This document shows, in pieces, positions 25,906-39,028 of a stretch of 64,000 bases of DNA. The notes under the pieces were generated by a model, which worked only from the letters and a program-made list of their open reading frames with translations, did no database searches and was not told the DNA's origin. A program made the position numbers and the translations under genes. Source of the DNA: Octopus sinensis (Eukaryota); assembly GCF_006345805.1 (NCBI RefSeq), contig NC_042997.1, positions 212,226,001 to 212,290,000 on the forward strand, given 5' to 3'. Position 1 is the stretch's first letter. Each line of letters begins with the position of its first letter.

Positions 25906-27359
25906 ATGAAACACTGGGGTTGATGTATTCGACTTATTCCCTTCCCCCAAGATTGTTGCCCTTGTGGCAAAATTTGAAACCATTATAACTGAACATAAAA
26001 ACAAACATTAATGTATGTTTTTCTTCACTTTTTCCCATGTTGGCGTAGGGTAGAGAGTTCATCACGGTTCAAGCTATTTCTTATTGCGAGCCATTGCTTC
26101 TACTGACCGGTGCACAGGCATGTTATCAGGCTTAGTTTCTCTCATCATCATCATCGTTTAACGTCTTCTTTCCATGCTGGCATGGGTTGGATGGTTTGAC
26201 TGAGGACTGGTGAGCCAGAAGGCTGCGCTAGGCTCAATCTGATCTGACAAAGTTCCTACAGCTGGATGCCCTTCCTAATGCCAACCTTATGGCGAGATAC
26301 TCTTTCCTTATGGTGAGATACTCTTTCCTAATGCCAACCTTATGTAAACTCTAGTTTACAGAGTGTACTGCATGCATTTTTGTGACACTAACACAACTGA
26401 TGTTAAACAGTCCTTAGGGAACTCAGGACTAGACTGAGTGGATAAGAAGTTCAATTCACAACTATGCTGCTTTAGAATCAATCATATGTTGCACCTTTGG
26501 GCAAGCACCTCTTCTACTACAGCTCCAAGAACAAAGGCTTGTGAGTAAATTTGGTCGGCAGAAACAGAAGTCTGTCATGTGTTTATGTCTCCTTGTTGTG
26601 GTGTCACATGCTAATTGTTATAAGAACATCACTATCATATCAGCAGTATTGTCTGTTGGCAATCTTCGATGAGAAAATATCCAGAGAGGGAAATATTACC
26701 TTGCTTGAAAACAAGTGAAGGTGGCGAGAGGGGGGACATTCAGCCAGAGGAAATCAATCTCAATAAACTCTGTCCAACCCATGCAGGCTGCAGAAATATA
26801 TTTCTTTATTGCCCACAAGGGGCTAAACATAGAGGGGACAAACAAAGACAGACAAAGGGATTAAGTCAACTACATCGACCCCAGTGCGCAACTGGTACTT
26901 TATTTATCGACCCCCGAAAGGATGAAAGGCAAAGTCGACCTCGGCGGTGTTTGAACCCAGAACGTAACGACAGACGAAAAACTGCTGAGCATTTCGCCCG
27001 GCGTGCTAACGTTTCTGCCAGCTCGCCGCCTTTGCAAGCTGCAGAAATAGATGTGAAAACACAGAGGGGACACACATGTGTGTGTGAGTATTTAAACCCA
27101 TTGCAAGGAAGAGTCCTTCTGAGAGTCTTGTTATGAAATCTGGGGATGAGAATGACACTGACGACTTGCATTGTTGGAACCTATTTTCAAACACACAAAG
27201 TTTGGTTTTATCATTAGCTCCTTATTTTCCCACAGAATAAAGGATTTATTGAATAACATTTCTACATGGAACTGACAATATTATTCCTTTTATATCCAAA
27301 TTTTTCCTTTTCACTGTATATCTACTAAATGGATGGATTTCTAGCGGCAGGAAGGAATA

Positions 27360-27747
27360 TCTTTATATATAAAAGTGAGGTTGTGTGCTGTCTGTCTCCA
27401 ACGATTTAGATTCCTAACTACTCCCACATTTTGTGGTGCAGTTTAACCAAAACCGGGTATCTTATAGTTGTGATTCATATCGAGCCCTTCTGGGTATTAG
27501 CGCGCGTCTACGATGAGTACGATTTAAAGAAAAATTTACCATCATTTTTTTCCATTTTAATGCATTTTTTCGCTATTATATAAGGGAAGTAACTCTCTAA
27601 AAATGTCTACGATGAGTCAACGATTTAAAAAATAATTTACCATCATTTTTTCCCCATTTTTAATGCATTTTTTGGCTATAACTCTCTAAAAATGCTTATA
27701 TAGTTATTTCCATTACAAACCCGAGCAACGCCAGGCGATACTGCTAG
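27360..27747 (+). mobile_element. Complete non-autonomous Helitron
   Basis: A|TC 5' end, 3' CCCGAGCAACGCCAGG degenerate hairpin plus CTAG|T, no TSD, and an internal ~95-bp duplication. Confidence 0.85.
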
Positions 27748-28733
27748 TATTTGATAAGGAAATATTTAATTGCTTCAGAGAACACACAGAGTACGTTGTT
27801 GGCTAGTGTTAACATTTATGGAATAATTACAGAAAAAAAATAGATTTTCTTTCAGAAACTTTGGTACTGATATTATTGGACAGAATATAGAATCAGAGTA
27901 TGGAACAGTATGGAATCACAGATATCGGTGCCCAGCACTGTAGTGATGGAACAAAATGTAATTAGCAAGCAATTAATCAACAACTACCAATATATTCAAC
28001 ATAGAAAGGTGATTAGAACATTATAAAGTGTGTCAAAGATGACATTTATGATGCCTTTAATTAATCTACCTACATCAAATATATGCAGGCTTAGAAATTA
28101 ATACAATTAGCCACATATCTTCAGTAATTTTATCAGCTGTCAGAGGAAATCGAGAACCTTTATAATGGATGAAATAATCAGCAATAGTTGTGGCTAATGA
28201 TGTGGATACAGATTTGTCGAAAAACACATTTTGTAAAATTCTGTAAATCCTATTTGTCTCAATATATATAGCAATGGGTTTTCCCTCCAGAAAAATCATT
28301 ATCATAGAAAGCCAGCATCATCACCATCATCGTCATCATCTTCTGTCCACTTTCTATGTTGATACAGGTTAGATGAGTCATCCTGATCTGAGTCAATGTT
28401 TATTTCAAGTCATTCCCCACCTGGCTAGGTTAGAAGATCACATCTCACTCATATGTCTCACTTCTTTGCTTGTTTTCTACAGCTGGATGCTCTTCCAAAC
28501 ACCAACCACTTTAAAAAGGGTCCTGGCTGTATTTTATTAGGGCACTAACAACACCAATCGAACCTCTTCATCCACTCTGCTCATTCACCAATTTGACAAG
28601 GAAATAAATTAAGACCAATTTTTAAATTCCAGGTGAACTGAATGGTCCACAGTAGATGACTGGAATATAGCTCCACTATATTATGTATATACACTAAAAA
28701 CAGGATTGAAATCCATTCTCAACAGCCATTTAA

Positions 28734-28954
28734 CCCTTTCGTTACTGAATTTATTTTGAGATGCTCAGTGTTTCTTCCAATTATGTTAAATATAACAAAG
28801 AATTAAGTAAAATAACATCGTTATCATTAAGCTAGAGTTAAGGACATAAATTGTGACTAAGGTTTGGTGGAAGGTTTTAATTCAGAACTTTTGAAAACCA
28901 GACATTTGTACTAAAGAGCCAGAGCCGGTTTCAGCCGGGTTGGTAACGAAAGGG
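28734..28954. mobile_element. piggyBac-type MITE, 221 bp
   Basis: TTAA TSDs and a perfect 12-bp TIR CCCTTTCGTTAC. Confidence 0.9.
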
Positions 28955-29187
28955 TTAAGCTTACTGAGGTTACTTTATATTGTTCTAATCAATTCATCGA
29001 AGTATTAGTACAGAAATGGAGATACAAAATGGTTTGTAGTAAGTTCTGTCAGTCACCACTGCCTCTCCTCTGACTTACTCTCAATTGACATTTACTCATC
29101 TCTTCCCTCACTCAAATCTGCTATGAATCCCCTGCCACCCCTGTTCACCATTCACTCTGACCACCTCCAGCCCAGGTTTATATCCAT

Positions 29188-29918
29188 TAAGGTGGCAAGC
29201 TGGCAAGCTGGCAGAATCGTTAGCACCCCGGGCGAAATGCTTAGCGGTATTTCGTCTGCGGAGGTCGACTTTGCCTTTCATCCTTTCGGGGTCGATTAAA
29301 TAAGTACCAGTTACGCACTGGGGTCAATATAATCGACTTAATCCATTTGTCTGTCCTTGTTTGTCCTCTCTGTGTTTAGCCCCTTGTGGGTAGTAAAGAA
29401 ATAGGTATTTCGTCTGCCGTTATGTTCTGAGTTCAAATTCCGCCAAGGTCGACTTTGGTTTTCATCCTTTCGGGGTCGATTAAATAAGTACCAGTTACGC
29501 ACTGGGGTCGATATAATCGACTTAATCCGTTTGTCTGTCCTTGTTTGTCCTCTCTGTGTTTAGCCCCTTGTGGGTAGTAAAGAAATAGGTATTTCGTCTG
29601 CCGTTATGTTCTGAGTTCAAATTCCGCCAAGGTCGACTTTGGTTTTCATCCTTTCGGGGTCGATATAATCGACTTAATCCGTTTGTCTGTCCTTGTTTGT
29701 CCTCTCTGTGTTTAGCCCCTTGTGGGTAGTAAAGAAATAGGTATTTCATCTGCCGTTATGTTCTGAGTTCAAATTCCGCCAAGGTCGACTTTGGTTTTCA
29801 TCCTTTCGGGGTCGATTAAATAAGTACCAGTTACGCACTGGGGTCGATATAATCGACTTAATCCGTTTGTCTGTCCTTGCTTGTCCTCTCTGTGTTTAGC
29901 CCCTTGTGGGCAGTAAAT
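29188..29918 (+). mobile_element. Family C tetramer (one head, four body+tail units)
   Basis: 14-bp TSD AGGTTTATATCCAT at 29174-29187 and 29919-29932; the junction AAGAAATAGGTATTTC occurs three times. Confidence 0.85.
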
Positions 29919-30391
29919 AGGTTTATATCCATCTCTCACTCTTCAATCGGTCTTGAAATCTTTACCCACCATCCTTGAGTCTTCTGTCTTTGACCTCTCT
30001 TCTATTCAGTCTGAGGGTGTATTCAGCTGCTTCTTCATCCTTACATTTACCTCTCTTTGTGGCACCATTTAAAATACAAAGTAGCCATGGTTTTTATGTT
30101 TGAAGTAATTTTGTCTTAAACACATTGGTGTGACCTGTATGGAGTGTGCTGTTTCACATTCACTGTAAAAAGATGTGGAACAACAACAATGAACAGTGAC
30201 ACAGTTAAATTTCACGTCACACTTGCCGGGATATGTGTGGCACCCAATTAGGACACCCTGTTCCATTACACTAGAATCAACAATCACTTCAAGAAAACCA
30301 CATTTGTCACACACGACTTGAACTCTAAGGATCACCAGCGATACAATCCATGCATTGTTACAACAGCATATTATGACGCTTGTAGCATTAC

Positions 30392-30419
30392 CATAAGAGC
30401 GACTTCATTTCTATAATAT
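30392..30419 (-). CDS. Candidate micro-exon, 28 nt (YYRNEVALM, phase 2->0)
   Basis: GAATATTTCAG acceptor and ATG|GTAATG donor. Confidence 0.25.
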
Positions 30420-30478
30420 CTGAAATATTCACTGAAACCATGGCAATGGTTAATACACCGATATTATTACAACAACAC

Positions 30479-30516
<38 letters not shown>

Positions 30517-30579
30517 TGTCCAACCCATGCTAGCATGGAAAGCGGACGTTAAACGACGATGATGATGATGATGATGATG

Positions 30580-30834
30580 TACACACAGACATATATATAT
30601 ATATTGTACACACACACACACACATAGATATATATATATATATATTGTACACACACACACACACATATATATATATATTGTACACACACATATATATATA
30701 TATATTGTACACACACACATATATATTGTACACATATATATTGTACACACACATATATATATTGTACACACACACACATATATATATATTGTACACACAC
30801 ACACATATATATATATATGTTGTACACACACATA

Positions 30835-30866
<32 letters not shown>

Positions 30867-30930
30867 TGTACACACACACACATATATATATATTGTACAC
30901 TCATATATATATTGTACACATACAAATATA
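30580..30930. repeat. (TA)n-TTGTA-(CA)n compound satellite; second cluster at 31770-31990
   Basis: More than 10 TATTGTACACAC units. Confidence 0.9.
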
Positions 30931-30939
30931 TATATATAT

Positions 30940-31525
30940 ACTCTTTTACTCTTTTATTAGTTTCAGTCATTTGACTGCGGCCATGCTGGAGCACCACCTT
31001 TAATCGAGCAACTCGACCCCGGGACTTATTCTTTTGTAAGCCCAGTACTTATTCTATTGGTCTCTTTTGCTGAACCGCTAAGTAACGGGGACATAAACAC
31101 ACTAGCATCGGTTGCCAAGCAATGCTAGGGGGACAAACACAGACACACAAACACACACACACATACATATATATCTATACATATATACGACGGGCTTCTT
31201 TCAGTTTCCGTCTACCAAATCCACTCACAAGGCATTGGTCGGCCCGAGGCTATAGTAGAAGACACTTGCCCAAGGTGCCACGCAGTGGCACTGAACCTGG
31301 AACCATGTGATTGGTAAACAAGGTACTTACCACACAGCCACTCCTGCGCCTATATATATATAGGGGTAGTGTAGGAGTGGCTGTGTGGTAAGTAGCTTGC
31401 TTACAAACCACATGGTTCTAGGTTCAGTCCCACTGCATGGCACCTTGGGCAAGTGTCTTCTAGTATAGCCTCAGGCCAACCAAAGCTTTGTGAGTGGATT
31501 TGGTAGACGGAAACTGAAAGAAGCC
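30940..31525. mobile_element. Head-to-head family B pair (30940-31345 minus; 31373-31525 plus)
   Basis: Inverted A/B-box heads separated by 27 nt. Confidence 0.85.
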
Positions 31526-31754
31526 ATAGGCGGAGAGCTGGTAGAAACGTTAGTGCGCCGGGCGAAATGCGTAGCCGTATTTCATCTGTCGTTACGTTCC
31601 GAGTTCAAATTCCACCGAGGTCGACTTTGCCTTTCATCCTTTCGGGGTTGATAAATTAAGTACCAGTTACACACTGGGGTCGATGTAATCGACTTAATCC
31701 GTTTGTCTGTCCTTGTTTGTCCCCTCTATGTTTAGCCCCTTGTGGGTAGTAAAG

Positions 31755-31791
<37 letters not shown>

Positions 31792-33694
31792 ACACACATA
31801 TATATATTGTACATATATATATGCAGCCTTCGGGCTTCCCAGACCCCAGTTGAACTGTCCAACCCATGCTAGCATGGAAAGCGGATGTTAAACGATGATG
31901 ATGATGATTGTACACACATATATATATATTGTACACACACACACACACACACATATATATTGTACACACACACACATATATATATATTGTACGTGCCAGT
32001 GGCACGTAAAAAGCACCCACTGCACTCTCGGAGTGGTTAGCATTAGGAAGGGCATCCATCTGTAGAAACCTGCCAGATCAAGACTGGAGTCTGGTGCAAC
32101 CATCTTGTTCGCCAGCCCTCAGTCAAAATCGTCCAACCCGTGCTAGCATGGAAAGTGGATGTTAAATGATGATGATGATGATGTACAGCGGTGATACATC
32201 ATACCAAACAAGAACCACAACTGAACTGCTTTCCTACACATTACCTTCAGCCCTCCTTCAGTATCCCCTGGGTGGGCACTCATGCCCTTACCCCACCAAT
32301 GTTGTCCATCCACTGAAACTAAAAAAAAAAAAAACTACTCCCTTCTTGGCTACATTAAAAGCAACACCCTACTCTACACTTTCATACAACACTGTATAAA
32401 ATAAGGGTTTGGTAATGAAATCAAATCATCATCATCATCGTTTAACGTCCGTTTTCCGCGCTAGCACGGGTTGGACGGTTCGACCGGGGTCTGGGAAGCC
32501 AGGAGGCTGCACCAGGCTCCAGTCTGATCTGGCAGAGTTTCTACAGCTGGACGCCCTTCCTAACACCAACCACTCCGCGAGTGTAGTGGGTGCTTTTTAC
32601 GTGCCACCTGCACTGGTGCCAGGGCGGTCCGGCATCGGGTAAATGTTTATTATACAAAAAATACTGTGAAGCAACGGTAAGCAGCTTCCGTTGCCAGTTG
32701 AAACTTTTCCCGTTTGCTCACCATTTTGAGGTTGGCATTAATGTCACATTTTATGGTTATTCTTCTAGAATGTAGCCATTGATAAATGACGGTTTTCTTT
32801 TATCTCAGACTTTTCCAAAGAGTCAAGAAAACATCACATCAACTAGAAAATGGTAAACTTAACAAAGAAAAAAGAAAGAAAAAGAGGTAGTTGGTTGATT
32901 TTGGATGAAGCAAATACGTGATTGCAGTATATTCCAATCATGACTATTTCACCATTTTTTCTGTTCAGATATAGCAACTAATATAACATTATATTGTCCT
33001 AAGTATCCTTCTGTTTTTAAGACATTAAGATATGATTTCAATGATATTTGGCTGCTATTTTTGTTGAGTGACCAAGAACAGGTTCTTTTATTGACCCGAT
33101 TGCAACATAGCTGTCTCTTATGATACAATCTTTATCAGGTTGTACTAATAATAGATTTTGTACAGTTTTTATTCGTAATAATTTCCATTTCAATTATTTT
33201 TTAGAAGCCAATTGAACATTTTGCAATCAGTTTCAATAACAACAACAACAATTTTAAGATTTCTTATAGAAAAACAAGAAAAACTTGATTTCTTACACAA
33301 GAAATATTGTGGTTGATGATGATGGTAATGGTGATGAAATAATAAATATGGCCAAAATGTCATGAAGAATTTACTTCACTGAACAATCTTTAACAAAATC
33401 TTATCGATTCATACATTCACTTTCTCTTCTTTGTTATATATCATCATTTTAATGTCTACTTTATTTTAAAGTTTCTGCTCCCCCCCCCCACTGTCCACTC
33501 ACATGGCTTTGGCTGGCCAGAGGCTATATAAGAAGACATTTTCCCAAGGTGCCATGCAGTGGAACTGAACCCAAAACCTCATAGTTGGGAAGTGAGCATT
33601 TTAACCACACTGCCAAGCCTGCATCTACAATATTATAATATACATACATACACACATAGACATCATACATCATATATATATACATATATATATA

Positions 33695-34125
33695 TCATCA
33701 TCGTTTAACGTCCGTTCTCCATGCTAGCATGGGTTGGACGGTTCGACTGGGGATCTGGGAAGCCAGGAGGCTGCACCAGGCTCCGGTCTTATCTGGCAAT
33801 GTTTCTACAGCTTGATGCCCTTCCTAACGCCAACCACTCCGTGAGTGTAGTGGGTGCTTTTTACGTGCCACCTGCACTGGTGCCAGGCGAGGCTGGCATC
33901 GGCCACGGTCGGATTGGTGCATTTTGCGTGCCACCGGCATGGAAGCCAGTCGAGGCGGCACTGGCTTCGGCCACGATTCGGATGGTGCTTTTTACGTGCC
34001 ACCGACACGGAAGCCAGTCGAGGTGGCGCTGGCATCGGCCACGATTTGGATAGTGCTTTTACATATCTCCAGTCCAGGGGTCCTGGCATCTGCCGGGTGC
34101 CAGTCATAGGATTGGTTCAATTTTG
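33695..34125 (-). mobile_element. Family A copy with 4 internal modules
   Basis: Conserved body and GTGCCACCGGCACGGAAGCCAGTCGAGG repeats. Confidence 0.85.
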
Positions 34126-34141
34126 ATTCCGATATATATAT

Positions 34142-34172
<31 letters not shown>

Positions 34173-34197
34173 GTATGTATACACACACACATACATA

Positions 34198-35289
34198 CAG
34201 GGTGCAGTGAACAAATTGCTGTCTAAATTACGCAAAAGTGAAAATAACACTGACATCTCATTTGAACATTTTACCAAAATTACATAAAAATATCTTGAAA
34301 TACTAAAGAGTAAATTTATTCAATGAAATCGCTTTTGGCTTCAACCACGGCTTCCAGACAACTTCGGAATCTCCTGCAACTCTTCTGCATGGTCTTCTTG
34401 ATTTAGTTGGTGATTGCTGTCATAATCCTTGCCTTTAATTCATTTTCGGTGTTACAATGAGTTTTGCTGGTCTCTCACTCAACTGCACCCCACACATAAT
34501 AATCAAGGGGTTTGCAGTCTGGGGAGTTAGGTGGCCAGATGTTAGGGGTAATGTAGTCGCAGAAATTGTTTGACAGCCACGACTGGTTTCTCCTGCTTGT
34601 GTGGTATGGTGCAGAGTTCTGTTGCTAGACATAGGGTCTTCCAGCAGCCACCCTCTAGACCCAGGGCAGCACTACTTCCCCCAGGCACTTGATATAGGTT
34701 TCCATGTTGAGTCTGAAGCTGTGTGGGAAGATGAAGGAGGCATAACATCGCCATCACTAGTGATCACTCCAAACACCATGATGTTGACTGGATGTTTGAT
34801 TTTTATTATTCTCAGTACATGCTTTGAGGACATGGTAAGCCAACGGTTGTTCTGTGTGTTCACCATTTGATCCTGGTAGAAATTTCTCTCATCTGAGGAA
34901 AACCAAAGCACGTTTGGTTGGAGGGGATGCTTAAGTTTGTTCAAAAGCTTTGTAGCATGATCTTTCCTCTTGTCCTTGATGGCTTGAGATAAAAATTGGC
35001 CCTTTCTCATCTTGTATGAGGAATACCAAATGTCTTCATGCATTACCTGCCTGACAAGAAACTCAGATACTCCCATGTCTCTGGCGATGGACCTGACTGA
35101 CTTGGAGGAATTGTTGTTTATCAGGTCCATGGCCTGGATCTCTACTATGTTAGCTTTCCTCACTTGTTTTCTGTCCACATATCTTTCATTCCACGATACT
35201 TCATTGTTTCCATCAGACATTTTACCTCGCAACATTTCTAAAATCTCCTTCTCTTCACCATTCAAGTCTTGTGCACTACTTACTGTCAC
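34198..35289 (-). mobile_element. Tc1/mariner DD37D (maT-type) element, 5'-truncated, with right TIR
   Basis: FSSDE, QQ(N)SAP..H, WPPNSPDCKPLDY with 37 residues between the second and third catalytic positions; TA|CAGGGTG terminus at 34196-34204. Confidence 0.85.
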
Positions 35290-36908
35290 TTGTCCCTTTT
35301 GATCATCTTTATTAGTTGATTTAATTAATTATTCTCTGGTACTCTGCCGTTTCCATCTGTTTCATATTCTTCGTCTCTTATCCCTTCATTACCACTTTCT
35401 ACTTCTGCTCTTTTTTCTCTCTTACCTTTCTCTAAATTTCTTCCATCTCTCCTCTCATAATCCAGTTATTCCTACAGACTGCTCTTGCTTGGTCTATCAG
35501 TTGGTGGGTAGATGCTTCAAAACCTCTTTTTTATTATTATTCTGCTCCTTACCCTTTGTGTGTTGCCAGTCATCACCTCCTCTCCTTTACTTTCCCTCCA
35601 ATTCATATTTACTATGGATCACCACTCCATTCTATTTACCCATTCTTTACATTCACTCCACCCCATTCCTACTCCATTTCTAACCCTAACCCCTCTCTAC
35701 AAACTCTTGTAATCTCTACTCACCCACCTTTCCTGATCACATTCCCCTCTATTCAATTTCTGTACTTTGAGGCTATACTCTGTTCTGCTTTCTACCCCCA
35801 TTACTCCCCCCCCCCACTATTACGTAATCCAAGCTAACCATGTGTCACTTGTGAACCAAGAAACCAGTGCCTGTTATTTTATTATCCTTTAACATAAAAT
35901 CACCTCTCTCAACTACACCACCATTCAGTTACGCAGGCTCCACAACCTTGCAAAGTAATGGTGACCTCACAAGAGCCCGGGGGGGGGGGCTGAAACAATA
36001 AGAAAAAGACCAAAAAAAAAACCTTCCACTCTGCAAAGTGAAAGGTGTTAGGAAAGCCATCCAGTTGTACAAACACATGCCAGACCAGGTCACACTCGCC
36101 TCACATCAGATCCTGTTTCTTTATTACCCACAAGGGGCTAAACACAGACATAGGTATTAAGTCGATTACATCGACCCCAGTGCGTAACTGGTACTTAATT
36201 TATCGACCCCGAAAGGATGAAAGGCAAAGTCGACCTCGGCGGAATTTGAACTCACAACGTAACGCAGACGAAATACCACTAAGCATTTCGCCCGGCGTGC
36301 TAACGTTTCTGCTAGCTCGCCGCCTTAAACATCAGATCCTGTTGATCTGTCCAACCCAGACCAGCAGGGAAGACAGGCATTACAGGAGGATGATGATATT
36401 TTTGTATAATTAGACCAGTTTGCATAAGTATTTTCTAAAATCTCTAAATGGCTGTAAGTAATCACTAAAAATCTATATCGAAAGGTCATGCCCGTTGTCT
36501 CCTCCGGGGAAGTCCCGGCTTACAAGCAAGGGCAGTACGAAACAAATATTAAACATAGATATTAATAACAATGCAGATTGGCAGATAATTATACATTTTG
36601 ATAATATTGTTGTTGTTTGTCTCAGAGTTGTTATTTCAGAACAGACGTTTATATGGGAATGTTGAAATAATTAGTTCTAGAAACTATGTCCTTCACATTC
36701 AGCAGAAAGACATGCAAACGGTGATTCGAAACAACAATCACGTAGCATTTATTGCCAGTTCAGTGCCTTTTTGGGTTTTGTTTGCTTTTCCTTCTGTCTT
36801 TTTTTTTTTTTTTCTTTAGGATAATCCAGCTCAAGTAGTATTAACAATAATCTGTTAAAAGGTCAAACAGTTTTGTGAAAAAGTGCCATGTGAGCCGGAG
36901 TAACTAAC

Positions 36909-36929
36909 CTGAGGAAATAAATCATCAGC
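36909..36929 (-). CDS. Candidate micro-exon, 21 nt (LMIYFL in phase 2, or ADDLFPQ in phase 0)
   Basis: Very strong acceptor TTTTTTTTATTTATTTATTTGTAG and CAG|GTTAGT donor. Confidence 0.45.
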
Positions 36930-37115
36930 CTACAAATAAATAAATAAAAAAAAATTTAAAAAAAGGTTAATGAAATATTGAAGTAGAACAATTCTAGCAG
37001 GTTTTGAAATTGTAACACATACAGAACAACAACAACGACAACAACAACAAAATTTCTTTTAAAACTAAAACATTCTAGTTGAGTTGCATGTCCCAGAGGT
37101 TCCAAAGACATTTAC

Positions 37116-37158
37116 TTGACAAATATGGCTTCCTCTTCAACAACCATAAAACTTGTTT
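37116..37158 (-). CDS. Candidate small exon, 43 nt (TSFMVVEEEAIFV, phase 1->2)
   Basis: CCATTTCCTACAG acceptor and CAA|GTAAAT donor; in phase with 39800-39826. Confidence 0.4.
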
Positions 37159-38225
37159 CTGTAGGAAATGGTTAAATTGGATAAATTTCTCTGGATGATA
37201 TGGAGATAAGCTGAAAGGCAACAGCTACTCTGTTGAAATATGAACAAAAAACAATGAGATACCAGGAGTGGCTGTGTGGTAAGAAGTTTGCTTCCTAATC
37301 ACATAAGTCTGGGTTCAGTCCCACTGCATGGCACCTTGGGCAAGTGTCTTCTACTGTAGCCTCGGGTTGACCAAAGCCTTGTGAGTGGATTTTGTGGACA
37401 GAAACTGAAATAAGGCCATCCTAAATACACACACACACGTGTGTGTGTGTTTTGTCATCATTCTAGTCCTAGTTTCCCTGCTTTCATAGGATAACCTGGA
37501 TGAAGCACTTAGTCAGTTCATATTTGGAGCGACTGCCTTCTGCACAACCAGAGGACTATATTTCATTAGGCCATTTCTAACACTGACCACTTAAAAGAGT
37601 TGTGGCACCCACACTACAAAAACAAGAGTAAAGAATCCTCCTTTCAACTCTATGATGTCTTCACTTGTCTGCCAACCAATTTACAGAGTGTCCTTGGAGT
37701 ACTGGGTTGCTATGTACCCTGAAAAACTGCAGGGGATCATCACTGTTTTATGCCGACATCATTTGTTCAAGCCAACACAGCCAATATAGGAGGGATTAGA
37801 GAGGGGGAAATTAGAGAAGATGAGCTAAGAAGGTAGGAGGGAGAAATAGGAGTATGGTGAGGAGGGTTGAAAGAGGAGGGAGAAATGGCAGAGACAGTGT
37901 TAGAAGCTTATTAAGATGGAGAAAAGTCCGGGTGGAGAGAGAGAGAATCCTCAGGACATCCTTGTAATTAGAACCTACCAGGGTTTATATCAACAACCAA
38001 TTAACATAAATTAATTAACAGATGAAATGATGAGGATCATAAGATCATCAATGTCAATTCAGTTTAAGCTTAAAAAGAACCCTAACCCTAACCCCCTCAG
38101 GATCATCAATTGCCTTTTCCATGTCGGGTCTATCAGTGGAGCTTCTAAGTGGTGACTCCACATGCAAGTGATAGTAATTAAATTCTCTTAAAACACACTC
38201 TACCAGAAGGACACATTAAACAATG

Positions 38226-38525
38226 CTGAGACCCCCTTCGGTCATGAATGACCATGGGATTGCACCTAGGAAGTTACCCTCCCAGGCACAAATCCAGGCA
38301 AGGTTGTTTATAGAAGACCAGCAGTCGCCCATGCATACAGGCCTCCCCTCTCCACGCCACCAATGTTATCCAAAGGAAAGGCAAAGGGGCCGATACAGCT
38401 TGGCACCTGTGATGTTGCAACTCATTTCTACAGCTCAAGAACACAACATGCAGCCCGGTCTGGGATTCGAATTCACAACCTCGTGATTGTAAGCTTCACG
38501 CTCTAATCACTGAGCCATGCACCTT
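38226..38525 (-). mobile_element. Family D tRNA-headed SINE
   Basis: A box TGGCTCAGTGA, B box AATTCGAATCCC and 14-bp TSD CACATTAAACAATG (38212-38225, 38526-38539). Confidence 0.8.
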
Positions 38526-38807
38526 CACATTAAACAATGAAGTGTTAGATATATAAGGTCACAACTGAAAAACATTTCATTATAAGTGTGACCAGTTCAG
38601 GCTGACCAAGGGCTAAACAACATCATATTACAGGCAGAATAGCAAAAGATGACATTAACGGCAGCACAGTTCCTGCACTTAAAACCAACTAAAATTCTTC
38701 CGATCAAGAACTTTAGTTGGTTTAATAACTGCAGCCCTACTTTCCTAATCCCAACTGCAAAGTCTGCTGCATGCACTTTTCATAGTGAGATTGCCTTGCA
38801 ACTTTAA

Positions 38808-39028
38808 CCCTTTAGTGTTCGCATTATTCTGCCAAAATTAATGCTTCTTCATCCACATTGTTTTGAATTAATCATGCATTATCTTGTAGCTATGAGATTT
38901 TGATGAAGTAGCTGTTAATTTTTAAAACGATATTGTAGGGTTGGTGTGAGAGACCAGATAGGGCTAGTTTGAACATAAAACAGGTAGAATATTTTTGGCC
39001 GGATATGGCCGGTTTAAATGCTAAAGGG
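38808..39028. mobile_element. piggyBac-type MITE, 221 bp, different interior
   Basis: TTAA TSDs and TIR CCCTTTAG. Confidence 0.85.

Noticed and set aside
32660-32684. GCAACGG...CCGTTGC hairpin
   Set aside because: Short, with no CTAG terminus or other context; possibly a decayed Helitron end
38078-38096. AACCCT repeats (telomere-like)
   Set aside because: Only 2-3 units; expected by chance
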